DNA of 64,000 bases from a virus (taxonomy: Duplodnaviria > Caudoviricetes), in IMG/VR virus record IMGVR_UViG_2861773553_000003, positions 1 to 64,000 of that record. One strand, written 5' to 3'. This document shows, piece after piece, positions 56,760-64,000 of this stretch. The position numbers were made by a program, and so were the translations under genes. Numbering within the stretch: the stretch's first letter is position 1; every line of letters begins with the position of its first letter. A model generated the notes under the pieces. That model saw only the letters and a list, made by a program, of their open reading frames with translations, ran no database searches and was not told the origin of the DNA.

Positions 56760-57014
56760 TCAGCGGATCGGGGTCGCGGTGGCCTCCACGCACTCGGCCT
56801 GCGGGAAGACCTGCCGCAGGAGTTGGCTGAACAGGGCCACGGACTGGGTCTCATCCGCGTGCCAGGCGATATGGCCGACCAGTTGCCAGGTGCGGCCGTC
56901 GCCGGTGGGCGTGAACCCGAACTTGGACAGGTCCTCGTGCTCGGCGGGGGACAGCGTCCGGTCCGGGACGAAGACCAGCCGCACGTGCCAGGCGGGGAGT
57001 CGGCGTCCGGTCAT
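56760..57014 (-). CDS. Small hypothetical protein
   Basis: ATGA overlap; WHVRLVF..LSPAE..L...G. Confidence 0.6.
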   Translation of the reverse strand: MTGRRLPAWHVRLVFVPDRTLSPAEHEDLSKFGFTPTGDGRTWQLVGHIAWHADETQSVALFSQLLRQVFPQAECVEATATPIR

Positions 57015-57673
57015 GGCTGGGGCCCGTCGGGGTGGGTGCACCGGTCGCAGCCGCAGGAGGGGTCGCAGCCCGGGTCGGGTGCGGGCGGGTCCGGCGGATC
57101 TGCGGCCCGCGCGGTCAGCTCGGAGAGGAAGGTGTCCTCGCCGGGCAGGTCCGACAGCCCCCAGCGGCCGACCCGCTTGACGGGGTAGTAGGCGCCCACG
57201 TGGTGCGGGGGAGACGGTCTGCCGGCGAAGCGTCCTTCGGCGTGCGGCCGCCGCTGGAAGCCTCGGTAGACCTCGAACGCGGCGGCGTCGAGGTCGATGA
57301 GGTAGCCCCACTCGCAGTCCAGCGAGTCGGCGGGGAAGTCGCGGGCGTCCTCGATGACACCCGCCGCGAGCATGAGTTCGGGCCGGCCTTGCGTCCGCCG
57401 CAGCAGGACGTACCAGTCGTCCAGCCGCCCGGTGCTCACGCGCTGGAACGCGAACTCCTTCAGGGCCTCGATGTCCTCGGCGCCGGGGCGGGTGCCCGGA
57501 TCGACGACGCGCAGGGCACGCACCCGTCGGCGCAGCTCGCCGAGGTCGGCGGCGGCGAGGCGCAGCCAGGACAGGACGCTCGCGCCCACGCCGCCGGGGT
57601 AGCTGTCCGCGTGGACGTAGGCGATCTTCTCGTGGCCATCGATCACGAAGCCGATGAAGCCGCGCGTGCCCAT
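57011..57673 (-). CDS. Conserved phage-type protein
   Basis: MGTRG..YVHADSYP.G.G...DSLDCEWGYLIDLD..FEVY. Confidence 0.75.
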   Translation of the reverse strand: MGTRGFIGFVIDGHEKIAYVHADSYPGGVGASVLSWLRLAAADLGELRRRVRALRVVDPGTRPGAEDIEALKEFAFQRVSTGRLDDWYVLLRRTQGRPELMLAAGVIEDARDFPADSLDCEWGYLIDLDAAAFEVYRGFQRRPHAEGRFAGRPSPPHHVGAYYPVKRVGRWGLSDLPGEDTFLSELTARAADPPDPPAPDPGCDPSCGCDRCTHPDGPQP

Positions 57674-57720
57674 CAGCCCGCGTCCGGGTCATGGTCATGG
57701 TTATGGTCGGTCATGGTGGG

Positions 57721-58011
57721 TCACTCCCGGTTCTCGGCGAGGCGCATGATGCAGTCGTGGTGCGCCAGCAGCACCCGGGCCATGCCGTGGAACTGGTGCG
57801 GCACCAGCCCCAGGCGGCGCAGGAACGGCCGCAGGCCCGGACCGGCGAACTTGTAGCGCCACACCAGCGTGTCCATGTAATGGTGGGCGCGGCAGCAGGC
57901 GGTGCAGTAGAGGTACATCCGCCCGGTGACGGTGTCCAGGACCTGCTCGAACAGCATGTCCTCGGCGCCGCCCCAGGGGCGGCGCCGAGGCGCGGGGCGG
58001 TCGGCGCTCAC
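57721..58011 (-). CDS. Small Cys/His protein
   Basis: CTACC..H..C; GTGA overlap. Confidence 0.55.
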   Translation of the reverse strand: MSADRPAPRRRPWGGAEDMLFEQVLDTVTGRMYLYCTACCRAHHYMDTLVWRYKFAGPGLRPFLRRLGLVPHQFHGMARVLLAHHDCIMRLAENRE

Positions 58012-58505
58012 CGCAGGCCCGCCGGCGGGGGGAAGTAGGTCCCGGCCTCGGGGGTGACCGGCTGGGCGCTGACCCAGCGGTCGTGGTCCACGCCCCGCAG
58101 GTAGCGGCCGGGGCCGAGCTCGACGAGGTCCTGGGGGCAGGGCGGCCCGGGGGTCAGCGCCTCCTCGTCCTGCGGGGTGAGCTCGTCGTATCCGACCAGG
58201 GTCAGGCCCTGGCGCGGCAGGTGCGTCATGTGGTGGCAGTGGTAGCTGCGCAGGGCGTAGTCGGCGGCCTCGGCCAGCACGTGGGCGGACGGGCACTCCG
58301 CCTCGATGCGGGACTCGATGAGCCAGGCCAGTCCCAGGGCGGCGTCCTGCGGGTCGATCAGGCCCGCGTGGGTGTGCTCCAGGTGGGCGAGGGCGGCGCG
58401 GACGGCCACCTCGCGCAGCTCCTCGGGGCGGCCGGAGGTGGCCTCGCGGACGGCCTGTCCGGGGGTGGGCAGGTCCGGGGCGAGCAGGTCGCGGGTGCAG
58501 TGCAT
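58008..58505 (-). CDS. Hypothetical protein
   Basis: AGGAG SD. Confidence 0.65.
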   Translation of the reverse strand: MHCTRDLLAPDLPTPGQAVREATSGRPEELREVAVRAALAHLEHTHAGLIDPQDAALGLAWLIESRIEAECPSAHVLAEAADYALRSYHCHHMTHLPRQGLTLVGYDELTPQDEEALTPGPPCPQDLVELGPGRYLRGVDHDRWVSAQPVTPEAGTYFPPPAGLR

Positions 58506-58520
58506 CGGGGTCTCCTGTGG

Positions 58521-58907
58521 TCAGACGTGGGGGACGGGATCGGCGTCGGCGTTCCAGTGGTAGGCGAAGTACGTCCAGCCGGCGTCGGAGGGGATCGGGT
58601 CGTACTCGGGCCGGCCGTGCGGCCACACCTGGACCTCCACCTCGGTCGCACGCTCGGCGCCGAGGTCGTGGTGCAGTGTCCGCAGCGCCCGCTGTGAGGC
58701 GTGTTCCTTGGTAGGGGCGTCGAGGATGAGCGAGATCCGCCACCGGCCCGAGGAGTGGCCCCTGATGCCCAGAAGGGCGCGCTCTTCTGCGGTGACCTCC
58801 GGGTCGGCGGTGAAGATCAGGCGGATGTCCCATCGGGGGTCCCGCTGAACCTCGGGCAGGGCCTGGGTCCAGCGGACGGCGAGGACGTCGGGGGCTTCGT
58901 GCGGCAT
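58521..58907 (-). CDS. Hypothetical protein
   Basis: AAGG SD; WDIRLIF..EVTAEE motif. Confidence 0.6.
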   Translation of the reverse strand: MPHEAPDVLAVRWTQALPEVQRDPRWDIRLIFTADPEVTAEERALLGIRGHSSGRWRISLILDAPTKEHASQRALRTLHHDLGAERATEVEVQVWPHGRPEYDPIPSDAGWTYFAYHWNADADPVPHV

Positions 58908-58924
58908 GGCGGATTGCCTTCGGG

Positions 58925-59620
58925 TCAGGACTCGGCGGTCAGGGCGGAGTCGAAGTCGGTGTCGGCGGGGTCGGCGGAGCGCAGGCGCGGTCGCGTGAGC
59001 AGCCGGAGGGCGTCTGCGGCGACCTGGTCGGGGGGCGGCAGGACGGTGTCGCCCAGCGGGAGCCCGTCCTCGACCGCGTCCCAGATGGTGCCGCCGTGGG
59101 GGGCGTAGACCCAGCCGCGCTCCTCCGTCCAGCACAACCGGACGGTGACCTCGATGGGGTCGCCGCAGACGAGGACGCCGCTGCGGGGCCAGGTGCCCAG
59201 GTGCGAGGACAGCCGTACCGCGACCCCGGCGGCGCCGACGGCCTGGGCGCAGCGGGCGATGTAGCCCTCGTGGGCCGTGCGCTGGTCCCAAGGGGGTTGG
59301 ATCGGCTCGGCCGGGCCGTCCGCGGCGGCGCGGCTGCGCAGCACCTCGGCGAGCCGGGCGTTGCCGAAGCGCTCCTGGTAGTGGCGGAGCCGGGACGTGA
59401 TGTCCCAGCAGCAGGTGCGATCGCCGCAGGAGGTCAGGTCCGCATCGAGCGCCTGGAGTGCCTCGGAGGCCCACGCGATGTCGTTCACGTCGGCGGGGGC
59501 CACTTCGTAGGCGGCGTCACGGAGGGCGTTGGACGCGGCCGGCGGGTCCTGTCCGGTGAGCAGGTCGGCGGTGCGGAGCAGGATCTGCCCCACGGGGGTG
59601 GGCATGTGGTGCTCGGGCAT
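58925..59620 (-). CDS. Hypothetical protein with DUF6292-like C-terminus
   Basis: HEGYIARCAQAV...LCWTEERGW...LPPPDQVA. Confidence 0.6.
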   Translation of the reverse strand: MPEHHMPTPVGQILLRTADLLTGQDPPAASNALRDAAYEVAPADVNDIAWASEALQALDADLTSCGDRTCCWDITSRLRHYQERFGNARLAEVLRSRAAADGPAEPIQPPWDQRTAHEGYIARCAQAVGAAGVAVRLSSHLGTWPRSGVLVCGDPIEVTVRLCWTEERGWVYAPHGGTIWDAVEDGLPLGDTVLPPPDQVAADALRLLTRPRLRSADPADTDFDSALTAES

Positions 59621-60104
59621 GGCTTCGCCCTTCGAGGATGGGGGGTGGGGGGCGACCATCGGGGGTCGCGCGGAGCGCGGAGATCACCAATTCCATGATC
59701 AATCCGATGTCCGCTCCTCTCCTCATTTTACGCGTGGACAGCGCAAAGCACGAGGTCAGACGCATGATCCGTACGCAGATGTAGACGTGGGGCTAGCGCT
59801 GCCGCGCGACGGCGGAGCACGCTCCGAAGACCCCCATTCTCTCGCCGCACGCGCTCCCGCGTGCGGTAAATAGCCCCAAATTCCAGACACCGGCGGAATC
59901 GCCCGGCTAGGGTGGGATCGCCGTCCCGACGAGCCGGCGAGCGTGCGGCGCTCGTGGGTGATGTGTGCGGATGGTTGGTGTGGTCCGGAAGGGTGGTCCC
60001 GTTCCGGCCGGACAATCTCCCCCGGCCGGAACGGTCCTCCTTTCGCGCACACGCAAAAGCAAATCGAGCGCGCGAGGAAAAATGCGCTTCTACGCTCACG
60101 GCCT

Positions 60105-60824
60105 ATGAGTCATTCGGTCATCGTATTCGACGGCGACGACACCCTTTGGGAATGCCAGCGCCATTTCGACGAGGCGCGGGCGGCCGTGGCCGACTACGTG
60201 TCCGGCCTCGGGCTGGACGCCGACCTGTGGCGACAGCTGCAGCACGACCTGGACCTGGACCTGGTCGCCACGCGCGGTATGGACCGCCGGCGCTTCCCGC
60301 TGTCATGTGAGCTGGCCTTGGAGCAGGTCAGTCACCAGGTCGGCCGCCTGGTGCGTGACCAGGACCGGTACCGGGTGGGCGAGCTCGCCGACCGCGCGCA
60401 CATCGCGCCGGTCCAGCTGCTTCCGGGCGTGGCCGAGGCGCTGGCCCGCGCCGCGCAGTCCGCGCCGCTGATGTTGCTCACCTGCGCCGACCCCACGGTG
60501 CAGCGCCGCCGAATCTACAACTCCGGCCTCATGCGCCATTTCCAGGGCGTGCGCATCTGCCCGGATAAACACGCCGGCATCTTCGCCTCCCTGATGCACG
60601 ATCTCCAGGCCGACCGCGCCCATTCGTGGTCGATCGGCAATAGCGAGGCCAGCGACATCGTCCCCGCCCTGCAGGCGGGCATGAACGCGGCCTGGGTGCC
60701 GCGCGGCACCTGGGCCCACGACCTGCGGCCACCCGCGTACCGCCCGACCGCTCCGGCCGGGCTGTCCCTGCGGGCCGAGGACCTGTCGGCCGCCGTGGAC
60801 CTGGTCCTGGAGCGGCTGGGCTGA
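60105..60824 (+). CDS. HAD-superfamily hydrolase
   Basis: IVFDGDDTLW, LLPGV, SIGNSEASDIVPA. Confidence 0.85.
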   Translation: MSHSVIVFDGDDTLWECQRHFDEARAAVADYVSGLGLDADLWRQLQHDLDLDLVATRGMDRRRFPLSCELALEQVSHQVGRLVRDQDRYRVGELADRAHIAPVQLLPGVAEALARAAQSAPLMLLTCADPTVQRRRIYNSGLMRHFQGVRICPDKHAGIFASLMHDLQADRAHSWSIGNSEASDIVPALQAGMNAAWVPRGTWAHDLRPPAYRPTAPAGLSLRAEDLSAAVDLVLERLG

Positions 60825-60846
60825 CCGCACGCGCCTACGCGTGCGG

Positions 60847-61608
60847 TCACGATCCGCCCATCACCGCCGCCCGCAGGGCCGAGGCGCCCTCCCGCAGCAG
60901 GCCCACGTCCGATCCCACGGTGATGAGCCGGGTGCCGGCGGCCACCTCGGCTCGCGCGGCGGCCGGCGTGGCGCAGAAGATGCCCAGCGGCATCGTGGCC
61001 CGCGCGCAGGCGCCGCGCACTCGCGCGATCGCCTCGACCACCGCGGGGTGTCCGAGCTGGCCGAGGACCCCCAGGCTGCCGGACAGGTCATAGGGGCCGA
61101 TGTAGACGGCGGCCAGGCCCGGTGTGGCCACGATCTGGTCGATCTGCGCCACGGCGGCGGCGTCCTCCACCTGCGCGATGACGCTCACGCCGGCGTTGGC
61201 GCCTTTCAGGTACGGCGCCAGGTCCGCGCCGTAGCCGTGCGCGCGGGCGATGCCCACGCTGCGCCGCCCCTCGGGGGGATAGGACGCGGCGGCCACGGCG
61301 GCCGCCGCGTCCCGGCCGCTGGTCACGTGCGGCACGATCACGCCGTCGGCGCCGGCGTCCAGGGCGCGCGCGATCAGGACCGGGTCGTTGGACGGCACCC
61401 GCACCACCGCGTGGGCCTGCGGCTGCAGGACCTCCAGCAGACGCTGCACGGCCGAGGAGGTCAGCAGCGGTGAGTGCTCCTGGTCCAGGAAGTACCAGGA
61501 AAGCCCAGCCACGCGCAGCACGGCGGCGCTCTCGGGGCTGTCCAGCGTGAGCAGCGTCCCGATCAGCGGCGGGCCGTCGTCACCGAGGCGCTCTTTGAGG
61601 GTCGGCAT
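60847..61608 (-). CDS. HpcH/HpaI aldolase family protein
   Basis: LDQEHS, LDAGADGVIVPHV, YPPEGRRS, AQVE, IGPYDLS. Confidence 0.9.
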   Translation of the reverse strand: MPTLKERLGDDGPPLIGTLLTLDSPESAAVLRVAGLSWYFLDQEHSPLLTSSAVQRLLEVLQPQAHAVVRVPSNDPVLIARALDAGADGVIVPHVTSGRDAAAAVAAASYPPEGRRSVGIARAHGYGADLAPYLKGANAGVSVIAQVEDAAAVAQIDQIVATPGLAAVYIGPYDLSGSLGVLGQLGHPAVVEAIARVRGACARATMPLGIFCATPAAARAEVAAGTRLITVGSDVGLLREGASALRAAVMGGS

Positions 61609-61990
61609 GAGATCACTCCCTTCGCGTGGCGCATCCTCGCACCCGCCCACGGGGGCGGCCAAGCGCCGCGACGCGATCCGTATCGGTCAGGGCGTGCGGT
61701 CCTGGCGGAGCGGGCTCAGGGCCGCTTGCGGCTCAGCGCCCATCCGGCGACGTGGCTCAGCCGGTCGGTCGCGGCGACCAGCTCGACGAGCTGGTCGGGA
61801 GGCAAGGGCTCCAGCAGATCGGCCAGCCGGGGCAGGTCGTCCCGGTGCGCCAGCGTGATGGCCCGCTGGGCGACCAGGGTGCGCGGCAGATCGTCGACGA
61901 TCACTTGCAGATCCTGGCCGCACGGCGCGGCAGGTTCACGGGACACAGGGCAACCCTTCGCGGCGTGGGTACGGGGGAGAGGGGTGTGCG

Positions 61991-62764
61991 ATCAGACCGC
62001 CCTTCCAGTATTACGGCAGTAAGGGACGGTTGGCGCCGCACATCGTGTCGCTGCTGCCGTCCCACGCGGCCTACGTCGAGCCGTTCGCCGGGTCCGCGGC
62101 CGTGTTCTTCGCCAAAGCCCCGGTGCCGATCGAGGTGCTCAACGACGTCAACGGCGATCTGATCGCCTTTCTGCGGACCCTGCGCGACCGGCCGGGGGAG
62201 CTGGAGCGCCTGATCGCGCTGACGCCGTACGCGCGCACCGAGCACGCCGCCGCCCGCCTGGGCGACGCGGCGGCCGCCGACGTCGAGCGGGCCCGGCGCT
62301 GGTGGATCCAGTGCATGCAGTCACGCTCGGGCGAGGCCGGCGGGTCCTGGCGGCGGCCCACGCACGCCATCGGCAGCTCCAACGCCCACACCGCCAAGCG
62401 CCAGGCGGCGCTGATGCACGCCTACGCCGACCGGCTGCGGGACGCCTACATCGAGTGCTGCGACGCCGTAGAGCTGATCGGCCGGATGGACGCCCCTGCC
62501 ACCGCCTTCTACGTCGACCCGCCCTACCTGCGCCAGGTCCGGACCCCCTCGGGGCGGTACGTGGCCGAGCTGGAGGACGAGGCCGGCCACCGGCGCCTGC
62601 TGGCGGCCCTGTCGGCCTGCGCCGGGACGGTGGTGCTGTCCGGCTACTGCTCGCCGCTGTATGAGGAGCTGCTGCGCGGCTGGGTGCGCCTGGACTATCG
62701 GGTCCGCAACGCCGCCTCGGACCTACGCCGCCACGCGGTGGAGTCGGTGTGGATCAACCGCTGA
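61991..62764 (+). CDS. DNA adenine methyltransferase (Dam/D12-like)
   Basis: RPPFQYYGSK, YVEPFAGSAAV, EVLNDVNG, FYVDPPY, ESVWIN; the conserved N-terminus begins at ATC 61991. Confidence 0.85.
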   Translation: MRPPFQYYGSKGRLAPHIVSLLPSHAAYVEPFAGSAAVFFAKAPVPIEVLNDVNGDLIAFLRTLRDRPGELERLIALTPYARTEHAAARLGDAAAADVERARRWWIQCMQSRSGEAGGSWRRPTHAIGSSNAHTAKRQAALMHAYADRLRDAYIECCDAVELIGRMDAPATAFYVDPPYLRQVRTPSGRYVAELEDEAGHRRLLAALSACAGTVVLSGYCSPLYEELLRGWVRLDYRVRNAASDLRRHAVESVWINR

Positions 62765-62820
62765 CCTGCAGGCCGGCCCCGCCGGGCCGCCGCTCACCAC
62801 ACGCAAGGGGGAGGGAGCCG

Positions 62821-63537
62821 GTGGCCGAGGTGCTGCCGCAGGAGTACGTGCTGGTGCCGACCGAGCAACTGGAGCCGCATCCGGACAACCCGCATCGCGG
62901 GGATGTGGGCCTGATCGGCGAGTCGATCGAGCGCAACGGCTGGTACGGCGCCACGCTGGTGCAGCGCTCGCGGATGCGCATCATCGCCGGGGAGCACCGC
63001 TGGCGGGCCGCGCAGGCCAAGGGCCTGGCGATGACCCCGGCGCTGCTGCTGGACGTGGACGACGATCAGGCGCTGCGCATCATGCTGGCCGACAACCGGA
63101 TCAGCGACTACGGCCACTACGACGACCCGGCGCTGGCGGCGTTGCTGGCCTCGCTGCCGGATCTGGCCGGCACCGGGTGGACGCCCGACGACCTGGCCGA
63201 CCTGGACGCCGCGCTGCCGGCCTGGGTGGAGGTCGTCGGCCAGGAGCGCCCCGAGCGTGCCGAGCCGCCGGCCGCCGTACGCGCACCGGAGGAGGAGGCC
63301 GGGGCCGCGCGCGGCCCGCACCCGAGTGCCTCGTCGGCCGCCGAGGCCGCGGCGCCGGGGCCCGCGGCGCCGCTGACGCCGGCGTCGGCCTCCAGCGGCC
63401 GGGCCGAACTGCTGGTGGTCTTCGCGCCAGAGGAGCACGCCGAGGCCATCGCCCTGATCCGGGCGATCCGTGACCGCGACGGCGAGACCAGCGTGGGCCG
63501 CATCGTGCTGGCCGCGCTGCGCGCGCACGCGACCTGA
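62821..63537 (+). CDS. ParB/Srx N-terminal-domain phage protein
   Basis: LEPHPDNP..GD..I.ESIERNG..IIAGEHRWRAA..LADNR. Confidence 0.8.
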   Translation: MAEVLPQEYVLVPTEQLEPHPDNPHRGDVGLIGESIERNGWYGATLVQRSRMRIIAGEHRWRAAQAKGLAMTPALLLDVDDDQALRIMLADNRISDYGHYDDPALAALLASLPDLAGTGWTPDDLADLDAALPAWVEVVGQERPERAEPPAAVRAPEEEAGAARGPHPSASSAAEAAAPGPAAPLTPASASSGRAELLVVFAPEEHAEAIALIRAIRDRDGETSVGRIVLAALRAHAT

Positions 63538-63590
63538 TCTTCTCCCGCACGCGCACACGCGTGCGGCCCGTCCGGTCCCGGGGGGTGTGT

Positions 63591-64000
63591 GTGACCGTCT
63601 CCAAGGCCCGCCAGGTGCAGATCGCCCAGCGCCGCACGCGCGCGGTGCAGATGCGCCTGGCCGGAGTCTCCTACGCCGTCATCGCCGACCAGCTCGGCTA
63701 CGCCAGCGCCGGGGCGGCGAACAAGGACGTGACCAGGGCGCTGGCGGCCACCATGAAGGACCAGCACGAGTCCTCCGAGCAACTGCTGCGGCTGGAACTG
63801 GACCGGCTGGACCGGCTCATGGCCGGGGTGTGGACGCGGGCCTGCGGCGGCGACGTGAAGTCCGTCGAAGCCGCCGAGCGCCTCATCATGCGCCGCTGCG
63901 CGCTGCTGGGCCTGGACCTGATCCACCGCAACGGCGCCGGGGACGGGGACGTGGCCTCGCTGCTGGGGTCGCTGTTCACCGCGCTGCAGACGCGGCACGC
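63591..64000 (+). CDS. Terminase-small-subunit-like HTH protein (runs off the window)
   Basis: RRTRAVQMRLAGVSYAVIADQLGY..LELDRLDRL..W..GDVKSV..RRCALLGLD; open to the window end, so absent from the ORF track. Confidence 0.65.
   Translation, partial: MTVSKARQVQIAQRRTRAVQMRLAGVSYAVIADQLGYASAGAANKDVTRALAATMKDQHESSEQLLRLELDRLDRLMAGVWTRACGGDVKSVEAAERLIMRRCALLGLDLIHRNGAGDGDVASLLGSLFTALQTRH

Larger units (their letters stand above)
1..64000. mobile_element. Actinomycete phage-plasmid / plasmid prophage (partial)
   Basis: Plasmid Rep, ParA and parS-like sites co-occur with a phage-type repressor switch, recombination genes, MTase, ParB-N and a terminase-small-like gene; no housekeeping genes; many translationally coupled short hypothetical genes. 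Confidence 0.75.

Noticed and set aside
62821-63537. ParB-N protein as partner of parA
   Set aside because: Far from parA, and it sits in the typical phage position before the terminase

Overview
Very GC-rich actinomycete DNA that reads as a large mobile element, most plausibly a phage-plasmid (plasmid prophage); I recognised no housekeeping genes, rRNA or tRNA. Plasmid functions: a Rep-like initiator (898-2175) and a ParA operon (24553-26261) with six copies of an 18-bp parS-like palindrome. Phage functions: a divergent repressor/excisionase-like switch (37639-38678), a PD-(D/E)XK exonuclease, an RDF/Gp3-like recombination protein, a RuvC-like resolvase, an adenine methyltransferase, a ParB-N protein, and a terminase-small-subunit-like gene running off the right edge. 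Cargo: a RelE-type toxin-antitoxin pair, an IS110 transposase, two Xre/DUF397 pairs and many hypothetical genes. The most notable signals are: (1) an element-wide palindrome CCGCACGC-N6-GCGTGCGG (7 perfect plus 5 one-mismatch copies, mostly near gene boundaries); (2) a cas-less type I-E-like CRISPR mini-array (29-32-29 bp) whose second repeat has a compensatory stem change; (3) a regulator-linked kinase / ATP-grasp / radical SAM / NUDIX operon of unknown product; (4) a six-member array of diverged paralogues with near-identical junction repeats. All protein family calls come from recognising motifs by eye, not from database searches.
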